Shown piece after piece: positions 7,037 through 15,991 of a stretch of 20,000 nt of DNA. This DNA comes from an uncultured virus (IMG/VR IMGVR_UViG_3300029286_000014) (lineage: Duplodnaviria > Heunggongvirae > Uroviricota > Caudoviricetes). The DNA is taken from the IMG/VR virus record IMGVR_UViG_3300029286_000014, one strand, 5' to 3'. Below the pieces are notes generated by a model. That model was not told the DNA's origin and did no database searches. It saw nothing but the letters and a program-made list of their open reading frames with translations. The position numbers were made by a program, and so were the translations under genes. Numbering within the stretch: the stretch's first letter is position 1; every line of letters starts with the position of its first letter.

Positions 7037-7261
7037 ATGCGCGTTTTAAAAATTGATATGGAAATAGAAACATGCAACGAATGCGTTTATTGCAGATTGA
7101 CATCACCATCTCATCCTGCATTAGACGTATTTTTTTGTTCATATGAAAAATCTTTTTCTTCCGAAACATCCCAGCCTTTAATCGCAAGAATATCAACTAC
7201 AGCAGTCCCCCACATGCCTACACCTTCCTGGTGCCCACTACCAAATAAAAGGAGGATATAA
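7037..7261 (+). CDS. Small Cys-rich hypothetical protein
   Basis: CxxCxxC...C...PSWCPL pattern; RBS AAGGA. Confidence 0.7.
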   Translation: MRVLKIDMEIETCNECVYCRLTSPSHPALDVFFCSYEKSFSSETSQPLIARISTTAVPHMPTPSWCPLPNKRRI

Positions 7262-7654
7262 ATGACTCTACATGCAAGTAATATAGTAAATACTTCAGGA
7301 ATGTCATATTTAGTTTCATATGACAAGAAAAAAGAAAATCTTTCTGTTTTATTTTTAGACTTTTTTGTGGATTTTATTGAAAAAAAAGGAAACGTTTTTT
7401 TAAATCAAGACTATGAAATAATTGAGAACATTTCTGAGCATTATGAAGAATGTTTAAAAGAAGAAGAACTCTTCGAACACAAAGATAGACAGTACATAGA
7501 ATACTTGATAGATAAAATCAATCTATGTAAGAAAGAACAAAAAAAAGGAAAAACTGTTATAAAAATAGTGGTTAGTAATGGAGACGAAATTGTTTCAGCT
7601 ATCTTAGAAAAAGGAAATAAATTAAAAGAGATTAAACTTATAGAAGGAGATTAA
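7262..7654 (+). CDS. Hypothetical protein
   Basis: RBS AGGAGG, 130 aa, tightly packed between neighbours. Confidence 0.75.
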   Translation: MTLHASNIVNTSGMSYLVSYDKKKENLSVLFLDFFVDFIEKKGNVFLNQDYEIIENISEHYEECLKEEELFEHKDRQYIEYLIDKINLCKKEQKKGKTVIKIVVSNGDEIVSAILEKGNKLKEIKLIEGD

Positions 7655-7655
7655 T

Positions 7656-8669
7656 ATGAGTTACATTGAAAGTCAAAAGTTAAAAGAAATTCTTTGTAAA
7701 ATGAATAAGCTTAAAGTTTTAGTCATTGGTGATTTAATGTTAGACGAATATATCTGGGGAAAAGTTGAAAGAATTTCCCCAGAAGCTCCAGTTCCAATTG
7801 TTGATGTTGTGAAAGAAGAAATAAAGTTGGGAGGCGCAGGAAACGTTGTTAGAAACTTAGCAAGTTTAGGATGCACAGTTTACATTGGTTCTGTTATTGG
7901 TATTGATGATGCTGGTGATAAAGTTAGAAAACTTTTGAGAAAAGAAAAAACAAATCTAAAATTTTTAATGAATGATGATCGAAGACAAACAACTGTTAAA
8001 ACAAGACTGATGGCACATACACAACAACTTGTAAGAATTGATAGAGAAGACAAATACGCAATTGATAAAAATCAAAGAGATCATATTCTCTATACGTTGG
8101 GGGAAGAAGAAAAAAATATTGATGCAATAGTTATTTCAGACTACAACAAAGGTGTTGTTAATGCCAAATTAATAAGTGAAATTATTAAATTCACAAAAGA
8201 TGGGCGTAGAATTCCAATAATTGCTGATCCAAAGAAAAACTTCTTGAATTACAAAGGAGTTGATATTTTAACTCCTAATTTGAAGGAACTAGGTTTATAT
8301 AGTGGAAACATAGTTGAGTCAGAAATTGATGTTGTTGAGACTTCACGAAAAGTTATTGAATCCTCAGAATTAAAAGCTATCCTTGTTACAAAAGGACCTC
8401 AAGGAATGAGTTTAATTGCTAAAGATTTTGCATATGATATTCCAACATTTGCTCAAGAAGTTTACGATGTTACAGGAGCTGGTGATACTGTGATTGCATG
8501 TTTTACATTGGCACTGTTATCAGGAGCTTCAACATACGAGGCAGCATTAATATCAAACGTAGCTGCTGGAATTGTTGTAGGTGAAGTTGGTGCAGCAGTT
8601 GTCACACAAGAAGAACTATTGAAGAAATGTATTGGTATAATTAGTATTGAAGGAAAAAAAGATGAATGA
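7656..8669 (+). CDS. rfaE1: D-glycero-D-manno-heptose-7-phosphate kinase (HldE/RfaE domain I, PfkB family)
   Basis: VIGDLMLDEYIWGKVERISPEAPVP, GGAGNV, ISDYNKG, LTPNLKE and DVTGAGDT signatures. No fused nucleotidyltransferase domain. Confidence 0.9.
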   Translation: MSYIESQKLKEILCKMNKLKVLVIGDLMLDEYIWGKVERISPEAPVPIVDVVKEEIKLGGAGNVVRNLASLGCTVYIGSVIGIDDAGDKVRKLLRKEKTNLKFLMNDDRRQTTVKTRLMAHTQQLVRIDREDKYAIDKNQRDHILYTLGEEEKNIDAIVISDYNKGVVNAKLISEIIKFTKDGRRIPIIADPKKNFLNYKGVDILTPNLKELGLYSGNIVESEIDVVETSRKVIESSELKAILVTKGPQGMSLIAKDFAYDIPTFAQEVYDVTGAGDTVIACFTLALLSGASTYEAALISNVAAGIVVGEVGAAVVTQEELLKKCIGIISIEGKKDE

Positions 8670-9150
8670 AATTCTAATAGTAGCCCCACACATTGATGAT
8701 GAGGTTATTTCATCTTTTGAGATTTTAGAAACAAAAGTATTAACAACAATTATATATACAGATTGTGAAGATTGGTCTGATGTTAGAAGAAGCGAAATTG
8801 AAAAAATACGGGGTATATTCAATATAAAAAATATTCTTTTTTTCAGTGATCTCACCAATTATTATGTAGATTTTATGACAAAAATAAAATATACTTATTA
8901 TTTTCCAGATCCAATATATGAAACTCATCCTGAACATAGAAAACAGGGATATATTGGGGAACAAATGTTTAGAGATGGAAAAGATGTAGTATTTTACAAC
9001 ACAACAATGACAGCACCATATATACATAAAGTTAAAAATTGGCAACGAAAGAAAGAAATTTTAAATAAATTATACCCAAGTCAGAAAAGTTTATGGGAAT
9101 ACGAACATAAGTATTTTCTGTGGGAAGGAAGATGTAAATATCTTCCATAA
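8662..9150 (+). CDS. PIG-L/LmbE-family de-N-acetylase
   Basis: VAPHIDDE and HPEH metal-binding motifs, C-terminal YPSQ. ATG at 8662 overlaps the upstream stop. Confidence 0.78.
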   Translation: MNEILIVAPHIDDEVISSFEILETKVLTTIIYTDCEDWSDVRRSEIEKIRGIFNIKNILFFSDLTNYYVDFMTKIKYTYYFPDPIYETHPEHRKQGYIGEQMFRDGKDVVFYNTTMTAPYIHKVKNWQRKKEILNKLYPSQKSLWEYEHKYFLWEGRCKYLP

Positions 9151-9161
9151 CAGATATAGGT

Positions 9162-9175
9162 TATATATATTAATT
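9162..9175 (+). promoter_or_regulatory. TATATATATTRATT motif, copy 1
   Basis: TATATATATTAATT 25 nt upstream of the ATG at 9201. Confidence 0.6.
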
Positions 9176-9200
9176 TATAAGTAAAATAAAAGAGGAGAAA

Positions 9201-9602
9201 ATGGACAAAAAAATTTTAGATTCATTTAAGCTTGAATTTTTTAAGGAAATAAAGGAATACAAAAGAGTTGAGGAAAAGATTAGGGATCCAAGGTGTACAA
9301 AATTTACACTGACTGATGGCAAAACAAAATACGCCATTGTCGGGGCACTTCCATTAAAAGGTGTAGGAGTAAACATGATTCTCGCTGTACACCAAGATCA
9401 TGATGGAAATGGTATTTTGAAAGATGCTTCAGATCTGTTGATAAAAAAATATAAAACCACAATCATTGTTGATGTCGAAAAAACATCTCCTGAAATCCAA
9501 AAATATTTGAATGCAGGATTTGTTAAAGATGATACGGAAATAAGAAAAAATCAAATAAGATTGGTGAAAGAGAAAGGAGGCTCTTGTGAAAAAGAAAGTT
9601 AA
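9201..9602 (+). CDS. Hypothetical protein, possible GNAT-fold acetyltransferase
   Basis: LAVHQDHDGNGI and KYLNAGF resemble GNAT motifs A and B; RBS GAGGAG. Confidence 0.5.
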   Translation: MDKKILDSFKLEFFKEIKEYKRVEEKIRDPRCTKFTLTDGKTKYAIVGALPLKGVGVNMILAVHQDHDGNGILKDASDLLIKKYKTTIIVDVEKTSPEIQKYLNAGFVKDDTEIRKNQIRLVKEKGGSCEKES

Positions 9603-9885
9603 AGAGATAACGATCTTTGTTTTATTAATATCTTTTATGTTGTTATCAGAGGCATGCTCAACTGTTAAAAAAGCTTTCAATCCAGATCCTGGATTAAAAG
9701 CTAAAGTTGAGAATGTTCTTCTTAAAAAAAATTATTACGTTATTGTAACTAATAAGGGAACATTTATATGTGGAAATTGTGATTATGTTATACATAGTCA
9801 GAAATACTATAGATTTTACTTAGAAGGAAATAAAGTTATAAAAATGGAAATAATTAAGGAAACAAAAAAATCAAAAAGGAGTTAA
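9586..9885 (+). CDS. Putative lipoprotein
   Basis: Basic N-terminus, hydrophobic stretch, then ..LSEAC. GTG start with RBS AGGAGG. Confidence 0.6.
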   Translation: MKKKVKEITIFVLLISFMLLSEACSTVKKAFNPDPGLKAKVENVLLKKNYYVIVTNKGTFICGNCDYVIHSQKYYRFYLEGNKVIKMEIIKETKKSKRS

Positions 9886-9886
9886 A

Positions 9887-10123
9887 ATGAAAGCATTTTT
9901 TGGATTGTCATTAATTTTTGGGGGAATTATTCTTGGGGTGTATGTTGGTGTGTGGGTTATGTTTGTTGGTGGAATTGTTCAATGTATTGAACAAGTAAGA
10001 GCAGAAAATATGCAAGCAACAATTCTGGCATATGGTATCCTCAAAATAATATCTGCTGGATTTATTGGGTGGGGAACTGCTATTCTTTTAGTTATTCCAG
10101 GTGTTGCAGTATTGAAAAAATGA
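9887..10123 (+). CDS. Small two-TM membrane protein
   Basis: Two Gly-rich hydrophobic segments; RBS AAGGAG. Confidence 0.75.
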   Translation: MKAFFGLSLIFGGIILGVYVGVWVMFVGGIVQCIEQVRAENMQATILAYGILKIISAGFIGWGTAILLVIPGVAVLKK

Positions 10124-10132
10124 GGAGAATAT

Positions 10133-10459
10133 ATGAGAATGTGGAATGTTCCGACAAAAATGATGTGTAGACAACATCTATTGGGAGAGCATCTAGAAAC
10201 ACATATGTTTCACTCATCAATTCTTCAAGGTAGAAAGATTACAGGATTTATAACAAATGGTCTTGTTGAAACTGACAAGATCAAAGAAAGACATGATGCG
10301 CTTGTTGAAGAAATGATTTCTCGAGGGTATAACCATAAGACTCCTATGGAAGAAAACAATTTTCCTCAACAAGGTCGGGTTGATATTTCTAAAAACATTA
10401 ACATATTAATAAATAAATGTGTTAATTGTAAAGAAAGACATATAAGGCTTGTGCAATAA
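10133..10459 (+). CDS. Pyrimidine-dimer DNA glycosylase / endonuclease V (DenV-like) family protein
   Basis: MRMW...CRQHLLGEH.E.H and RHDALVEEMISRGYNHKTP patterns of this family. Confidence 0.75.
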   Translation: MRMWNVPTKMMCRQHLLGEHLETHMFHSSILQGRKITGFITNGLVETDKIKERHDALVEEMISRGYNHKTPMEENNFPQQGRVDISKNINILINKCVNCKERHIRLVQ

Positions 10460-10503
10460 GCCTTATTTTTTTTATAAATTTTATTTAAGAAAAGGAGAAT
10501 AGT

Positions 10504-11097
10504 GTGTATATAATTGATCTTGACCCTATGTTTTTTAAACTTTTTAAAAAGGTCGGTGCTTCCTATACTGGAAATATGACACAAGGAGATGATATTTCTG
10601 CTCTCCTTTCATTAACAAATGCATTTAGACCAAAAAGATTTTTAGAAATTGGTGTAAACCTCGGGCATACCGCAAAACAGATTCTTCAATACTCTCCATT
10701 CATTGAAACATATATTGGTGTTGATATTCCCTTTGATCAAAAAGAAAAAACTTTAGGAGATCAAAGTAAGGAAGTTCCAGAAACCGCAGGAATTGTATGT
10801 ACAGACAAAAGATTAACAACAATATTAAGACCTTATGGCGTTAAAAATATAGATCCAGCAGAAATAGGAACATTCGATTTTATTTTTATTGATGGGGATC
10901 ACTCTGTAGAAGGAATAACTATTGATACCGAATTTTCAGAAAAAATATTGAATCCTGGGGGAGTAATTGTTTGGCATGATTATGTTTGTTTGCCACTTGT
11001 TTCAGCTTATTTAGATCTTTATAATGATACAAAATGTGATAATCGTCTTTGGTGGATTAAAGGAACATCTTTAGCATTTAGAATTGGAACATTATAA
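10504..11097 (+). CDS. Class I SAM-dependent methyltransferase (Methyltransf_24-like)
   Basis: [18 protein letters not shown] and [12 protein letters not shown] motifs. Confidence 0.85.
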   Translation: MYIIDLDPMFFKLFKKVGASYTGNMTQGDDISALLSLTNAFRPKRFLEIGVNLGHTAKQILQYSPFIETYIGVDIPFDQKEKTLGDQSKEVPETAGIVCTDKRLTTILRPYGVKNIDPAEIGTFDFIFIDGDHSVEGITIDTEFSEKILNPGGVIVWHDYVCLPLVSAYLDLYNDTKCDNRLWWIKGTSLAFRIGTL

Positions 11098-11107
11098 GGA
11101 GAAATAT

Positions 11108-12058
11108 ATGGGAAAAAGAATTTTGGTAACTGGAGGATGTGGATTTTTAGGAAGTCATTTGTGTGAAAGATTATTAAATGAAGAGAATGAAGTAATTTGT
11201 TTAGATAATTTGATGACAAGTTCAAAGAATAATATTAGACATTTATTAGACAATCACTATTTTGAATTTATAAGACATGATGTTACAGTTCCAATAAAAT
11301 TAGAAGTTGACCAAATATACAATTTAGCTTGTCCTGCTTCTCCCATTCATTATCAGAAAGACCCAGTTAAAACAATCAGAACATCAGTTATGGGTGCTAT
11401 AAACATGCTCGATTTAGCTAAAGAAACAGGAGCAAGAATCCTTCAAACTTCAACATCAGAAGTATATGGTGATCCTATTGAACATCCCCAAAAAGAAACA
11501 TATTGGGGGAATGTAAATCCTATTGGAATAAGAAGTTGTTACGATGAAGGAAAAAGAGTTGCAGAGACTTTGTTTTATGATTATAATAGAAACTGGAATG
11601 TTGATATAAGAGTTGTAAGAATATTCAATACTTATGGACCAAGAATGCATCCAAATGATGGAAGAGTAGTTTCAAATTTTATTGTCCAGGCTCTAAAAGG
11701 AGAAGACCTAACAATTTATGGGGATGGAAAACAAACAAGATGTTTTTGTTATGTTTCTGATACTGTTGATGGACTTATAAAAACTATGGAATCAGATTAT
11801 ATTTATCCAATAAATATAGGAAATCCTGATGAAAAGTCTATAATATCATTTGCAAACATAATAATAGATTTAATAAATCCAAAACTTAAAATAAGTTGTA
11901 AAACACCACTTCCAAAAGATGATCCAATGCAAAGAATGCCAGATATAGATATTGCAGGAAAAGTTTTAAAATGGAAACCAAGAGTTGATTTAAGAATAGG
12001 TTTGAGATTAACAATAGAATATTTTGGAAATAAGTTAAGTAAAGGAGATATGAATTAA
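11108..12058 (+). CDS. UDP-glucuronic acid decarboxylase (UDP-xylose synthase), extended SDR
   Basis: [44 protein letters not shown] and [17 protein letters not shown] precedes the ATG at 11108. Confidence 0.92.
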   Translation: MGKRILVTGGCGFLGSHLCERLLNEENEVICLDNLMTSSKNNIRHLLDNHYFEFIRHDVTVPIKLEVDQIYNLACPASPIHYQKDPVKTIRTSVMGAINMLDLAKETGARILQTSTSEVYGDPIEHPQKETYWGNVNPIGIRSCYDEGKRVAETLFYDYNRNWNVDIRVVRIFNTYGPRMHPNDGRVVSNFIVQALKGEDLTIYGDGKQTRCFCYVSDTVDGLIKTMESDYIYPINIGNPDEKSIISFANIIIDLINPKLKISCKTPLPKDDPMQRMPDIDIAGKVLKWKPRVDLRIGLRLTIEYFGNKLSKGDMN

Positions 12059-12696
12059 TGTTCCTAAGTTTTAAAAGCAAAGGAATTGCAATAAAATATT
12101 TTTCTGATATGTTAAAAAAATATAATGCTGGAGATATATTAGATTATGAAGACTTCAAAAAAGTTATGGAAATATTAGAAGTACATCCTTCTTATGAAGA
12201 AAAAATATCAGGAGGAGTAAAAAATATATTAATTTTATATGATAAATATGGGCATAAGGGATTTAATATTGAGCAAGATAATGGAAATATTTTAAATTTT
12301 AGTTTTTATAGATGTATAAATGGAGCTTTAAAGAAAAAGGAACTATTCATTCAAGCAGCTAGACATTCAATAATGAATGATATAATTACATTTAAAAAAA
12401 CTTATTTTTCTGAAAATAAAGATACAGAAAATAAAGTTATATGCCCAATATCAAAAGACCTTGTTGGGTGGTATGAATGTCATGTAGATCACGAACATCC
12501 AAAATTTCATGAAATCGTAAGTATGTTCATTGAACAAAAAAATATTGATTTAGATAAAGTAGAATATGAAAATATTGTGAATGGGCAAGGAAATACCTTC
12601 TCCGACAAAAGATTCGAGAGCGAGTTTGTCGATTTCCATAATGATGTTGCTAAATTAAGAATTTTAAAAGCTGAAACTAACATTAAATTAAAATAA
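12058..12696 (+). CDS. DCL/DUF3223-like protein with HNH-like HVDH motif
   Basis: HPSYEEKI.GG, FSFYRCI, CPI...HVDHEHPKF and FVDFH; resemblance by eye. Confidence 0.55.
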   Translation: MFLSFKSKGIAIKYFSDMLKKYNAGDILDYEDFKKVMEILEVHPSYEEKISGGVKNILILYDKYGHKGFNIEQDNGNILNFSFYRCINGALKKKELFIQAARHSIMNDIITFKKTYFSENKDTENKVICPISKDLVGWYECHVDHEHPKFHEIVSMFIEQKNIDLDKVEYENIVNGQGNTFSDKRFESEFVDFHNDVAKLRILKAETNIKLK

Positions 12697-12707
12697 AGGA
12701 GAATTTT

Positions 12708-12902
12708 ATGAAACATTATAAAGAAATTACTGCATATCATGTTATTTTTGAAACTGATTTGAAAAAGCTAGACGATAGAGTTAATAACTTAATAAGTAAT
12801 TGTCTTTGTGAACCAGTTGGTGGATTAAGAATAACGGATGATGGATTTTATCAAACACTGATTGAATATGAATGGTTTAGTGAAGAAGAATTTAACAAAT
12901 AA
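12708..12902 (+). CDS. Small DUF1737-like protein
   Basis: L...VN..I.....PVGG......FYQTL pattern; RBS AAGGAG. Confidence 0.6.
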   Translation: MKHYKEITAYHVIFETDLKKLDDRVNNLISNCLCEPVGGLRITDDGFYQTLIEYEWFSEEEFNK

Positions 12903-12921
12903 AATTATAAAGGAGAAATTT

Positions 12922-13182
12922 ATGATTACTTACAGTACAAATGATTTTTTGAAAGCAACCGTTGGAAAAGCGATTAGAAGAGCAAGTTGGGATAAATCAC
13001 AAAAATTTATTGTAGATGGATTAGAAAAAAATGACAATGAAGGGGATTCAGTGTATATCTCAGGTAAACTATCTGACCGGGTGTGTCAATTTAGAATGGA
13101 TACTGCCGATAATGAAGACATATGGGTCTTCTGTAATACTGGAAATCCTGTTATATGCACAATGATGGTTAGTAAGGATTAA
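12922..13182 (+). CDS. Hypothetical protein
   Basis: RBS AAGGAG precedes the ATG at 12922 (MITYSTNDF...), preferred over 12862. Confidence 0.7.
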   Translation: MITYSTNDFLKATVGKAIRRASWDKSQKFIVDGLEKNDNEGDSVYISGKLSDRVCQFRMDTADNEDIWVFCNTGNPVICTMMVSKD

Positions 13183-13209
13183 TAAAATAATTGCTAAAAA
13201 GGAAATAAT

Positions 13210-14139
13210 ATGTCAAGAATAATATTCGTACCTCAGTTTCCAACACCTTTAAGATATCAAGAGTTTTTTTTCACTGAAATTCCTAATGAGTTATCGAAAC
13301 ATTATGACGAAGTTATTGTTTTAGGAAAAGGTGTTGCTCCTAGAGATGGTGTTGAATATGACAAGAAATTATTCTCACCAATAGATACAGCTTGTCAAGT
13401 CGAAATTTATCAGATGAGAGAGTATATGGCTCTAAAGTTGAAGGGTGATGATACTCTGCTGCATATGGATCTTTCATTCCCGGGACTTTTTCATAATATT
13501 CTTTATCATAAAAGACCAATGAACTGTTATTGTTATTGTCATGCTACAAGTCTTAATACTGGTGATTTATTTGAATGGGATAGAAATAGCAAATGGCATA
13601 CAGAATTAGGTAATTCAAAACTTTATGACAGAATTTTTGTTGGAAGTAAATATCACGCAGATAAATTAAGATTAGCTAATACAGAAGTTGTTGGATTACC
13701 TATTCCTCCATTTCCAACTTTTAAAGAAGAAAAGATATATGACATTATTTCAGTTGCCAGACCTAATCCTCAAAAAGTTGATGCTGAATTAGAGAATCAT
13801 GTTAAAAAATTATTTGGTCCTATTGTAAGAAAAGAATGCAAAACATGGGAAGAATATTATAAGTTTTTATCTAGTGCAAAAATATTACTCATAAGTTCAA
13901 TTGAGGATACATTCAATTATTCAATAATGGAAGCAATTTTAAACAATACAATTGTTCTTGCTCCAAACAGATGTTCATACCCAGAATTATTACCTAGTGA
14001 ATATATTTATTATGATAGAACCAATTTAGATCTTAAAATAAAATACTATTTAAATAATTATAAACTTGTTCCTGAACTTTTGTGTTTAGACATGTGTAAA
14101 AACTTTTACAATAATATTTCTAATATAATTAAGCAATAA
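13210..14139 (+). CDS. GT-B (GT4-like) glycosyltransferase
   Basis: C-terminal nucleotide-sugar binding region YYKFLSSAKILLISSIEDTFNYSIMEAILNNTIVLAPNRCSYPEL, plus ARPNPQK. Confidence 0.8.
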   Translation: MSRIIFVPQFPTPLRYQEFFFTEIPNELSKHYDEVIVLGKGVAPRDGVEYDKKLFSPIDTACQVEIYQMREYMALKLKGDDTLLHMDLSFPGLFHNILYHKRPMNCYCYCHATSLNTGDLFEWDRNSKWHTELGNSKLYDRIFVGSKYHADKLRLANTEVVGLPIPPFPTFKEEKIYDIISVARPNPQKVDAELENHVKKLFGPIVRKECKTWEEYYKFLSSAKILLISSIEDTFNYSIMEAILNNTIVLAPNRCSYPELLPSEYIYYDRTNLDLKIKYYLNNYKLVPELLCLDMCKNFYNNISNIIKQ

Positions 14140-14168
14140 AAAAAGGGCTTCTTTCGAAGCCTCTTTTG
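14139..14168. terminator. Bidirectional intrinsic terminator
   Basis: A-run, gggcttc-tttc-gaagcct stem, T-run, between convergent genes. Confidence 0.8.
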
Positions 14169-14181
14169 AACGACTTAAACT

Positions 14182-14457
14182 TTAAGCCTCCGGTTTCGGT
14201 TCCAGTTCCGGAGCAGCTTGTGATTTAAGCCTTACCACGGTATACGTCTTGTTTGCAGCGAGAGATAGTTCCGCTTCTTTGTTATCCCACGGAGTCAACT
14301 TCTTCTCAATTTTAAAAGAATTTTCTTTCCGCTTCAGATACAATACTGCTGCCTTGTCCACGCGCATCGTCAACAGCGACTTTGCAACTGTATCTTCAAA
14401 GATCTTCCTCTGCTCAAGTTCGTAAATCTTTTGTGTTTTCGTTTTGAATATTGCCAT
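14182..14457 (-). CDS. Hypothetical protein (91 aa)
   Basis: RBS AGGAGG precedes MAIFKTKTQ... at 14457; preceded by a TATATATATTGATT motif. Confidence 0.75.
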   Translation of the reverse strand: MAIFKTKTQKIYELEQRKIFEDTVAKSLLTMRVDKAAVLYLKRKENSFKIEKKLTPWDNKEAELSLAANKTYTVVRLKSQAAPELEPKPEA

Positions 14458-14524
14458 TTTATTCCTCCTTCTATCGTTGTTTTTTTTTGAAAGATAAAGA
14501 TATGGCAATCCTCATTCTTTCATA

Positions 14525-14538
14525 AATCAATATATATA
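14525..14538 (-). promoter_or_regulatory. TATATATATTRATT motif, copy 2
   Basis: Reverse complement reads TATATATATTGATT, upstream of the 14457 gene. Confidence 0.6.
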
Positions 14539-14608
14539 ACGTTGTTTATTTTAAATGGAAAGGAATATTATATTCCTATTATTATATATGTAGCAAATTT
14601 CAGCAAAT

Positions 14609-14632
14609 AAAAAATGGGCATTTCTGCCCATT
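14609..14632 (-). terminator. Intrinsic terminator (minus strand)
   Basis: aatgggca-tttc-tgcccatt stem with a T-run on the minus strand, right after the stop at 14637. Confidence 0.75.
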
Positions 14633-14636
14633 CTAC

Positions 14637-14882
14637 TTATAGTTCTGTTGTAACCTTTTTAGGTTCTTTCCATAATAGCTCAAACCAAACTTGAGACACA
14701 ATTGTCACCAAAATAGTATACCCCAAAAAGTACCACTTGTATTTGCTTGCAATTCTAAACCAGAATGTGATGAACCTGGGGAGCCACTTTATAGCTGCAA
14801 TTTTTCCATTTAGATCCCAAATATTAGATAGTGCCGCTCCCACTATACCGATGATACCACTAATTCTTAAAAACCAAATCAT
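14637..14882 (-). CDS. Small membrane protein (81 aa)
   Basis: RBS AAGGAG precedes MIWFLRISGIIG... at 14882; two hydrophobic segments; has its own upstream motif and terminator. Confidence 0.7.
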   Translation of the reverse strand: MIWFLRISGIIGIVGAALSNIWDLNGKIAAIKWLPRFITFWFRIASKYKWYFLGYTILVTIVSQVWFELLWKEPKKVTTEL

Positions 14883-14918
14883 GTCGTTGGTCTCCTTCAC
14901 TGTTTTATTTTGTTCATC

Positions 14919-14932
14919 AATTAATATATATA
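14919..14932 (-). promoter_or_regulatory. TATATATATTRATT motif, copy 3
   Basis: Minus strand reads TATATATATTAATTgatgaacaaa, nearly identical to copy 6. Confidence 0.62.
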
Positions 14933-14946
14933 ATAAACTTAGAAAT

Positions 14947-14968
14947 AAAAAAGGGGCATCACTGCCCC
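14947..14968 (-). terminator. Intrinsic terminator (minus strand)
   Basis: Minus strand ggggca-gtga-tgcccc followed by tttttt. Confidence 0.75.
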
Positions 14969-14976
14969 CTGCGGTA

Positions 14977-15051
14977 TTACTTCTTAAATTTAAAAAATAC
15001 TGCACCACCGATTGCTCCGAGAACTAATGTAACAATAAGAAGTTTTTTCAT
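14977..15051 (-). CDS. 24-aa single-TM peptide MKKLLIVTLVLGAIGGAVFFKFKK
   Basis: Not in the ORF track. RBS AAGGAGG 6 nt before the ATG, motif copy 4 upstream, terminator 8 nt after the stop. Confidence 0.7.
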   Translation of the reverse strand: MKKLLIVTLVLGAIGGAVFFKFKK

Positions 15052-15080
15052 GGCGTATCCTCCTTTTTCTTATTTGTATC

Positions 15081-15094
15081 AATTAATATATATA
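15081..15094 (-). promoter_or_regulatory. TATATATATTRATT motif, copy 4
   Basis: Minus strand TATATATATTAATT, upstream of the 24-aa ORF. Confidence 0.6.
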
Positions 15095-15124
15095 GAAAAA
15101 ATTTTAATTAAAAACACGTCTTAC

Positions 15125-15138
15125 TATATATATTAATT
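15125..15138 (+). promoter_or_regulatory. TATATATATTRATT motif, copy 5
   Basis: TATATATATTAATT upstream of the ATG at 15191; divergent from copy 4. Confidence 0.6.
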
Positions 15139-15190
15139 CTTGAATCAAGAGAAACATATTATTTATTTAAATCAAAAAGGAGGAGAAAGA

Positions 15191-15991
15191 ATGGAAAAGT
15201 TACTTGATGAGTTAATTGAGTTGCTTTCCAAAAACAAAGACGGCTTGAGCATTCAAGTCATTTCATCATTGTTAAACCAACAGTGTTCGACAATAAAAAA
15301 TTTAATTTGGAAGGTAAATGATCTGTCGGAAAAGGAAATCTTCAAAGAAATAAAACTTAGAGGATTTCAAAATTTTTCTCTTGTATCATTAGATTTAGAT
15401 GTTATAAAAGAAAAATTCAAAAAATTCGAACGTTGTATGGATTCGTACGAATTTTTGATTTTGAAATGTCTTAGAGTTTTCGATGAAGATGGTGCCCCAT
15501 TGTGGCAACTTGAAAAAGAATTACATCAAGAAGGATTATCAGCCGTCTGCATTCAAATGTTTTTGAAAAAAATTAAAGAATCAGCAGCAGGGATCTTCAT
15601 CGAATATTCTCAAACGAAATGGAAAATATTGGATGACACTACATCAATTGCTGAGATCATTGCATTATATGGGGCTCCTACAAAACCAGCATTGATGGAA
15701 CCAGAACACAAAATAGATGATATAGCGAACCACGTTTTTGTAACAACATGCAGGGAATTGGCTGCAACAGTTGATACATACTACAAGAATAACGATGTTC
15801 AAGTATTTGAGTCAAAGGATTATTTCGTAAGCATATCAAAAAAAGGTAAAAATCCATTTGATGAGAAGACAACACAAGGTATATTGGTATTTGCGAGAGA
15901 TATCGCAAGAGCGCTAGAAGACATTAGATGGAATGGTGGAGGGTGGAAACAACTTGAAAATCTATCAACAACAATCCAAAAGGAGGATTAA
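15191..15991 (+). CDS. Hypothetical protein, possibly with winged-helix-like domains
   Basis: RBS AGGAGGAG precedes the ATG at 15191. LIELLSKNKDGLSIQVISSLL is HTH-like by eye only. Confidence 0.7.
   Translation: MEKLLDELIELLSKNKDGLSIQVISSLLNQQCSTIKNLIWKVNDLSEKEIFKEIKLRGFQNFSLVSLDLDVIKEKFKKFERCMDSYEFLILKCLRVFDEDGAPLWQLEKELHQEGLSAVCIQMFLKKIKESAAGIFIEYSQTKWKILDDTTSIAEIIALYGAPTKPALMEPEHKIDDIANHVFVTTCRELAATVDTYYKNNDVQVFESKDYFVSISKKGKNPFDEKTTQGILVFARDIARALEDIRWNGGGWKQLENLSTTIQKED

Noticed and set aside
12922..13182. Tad2/DUF2829-like anti-defence protein (GKAIRRASW)
   Set aside because: Only a short motif resemblance; the rest of the protein gives no support by eye.
14637..15008. 123-aa version of the minus-strand ORF
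   Set aside because: The extension crosses a terminator, a promoter-like motif and the 24-aa ORF; the RBS supports a start at 14882.
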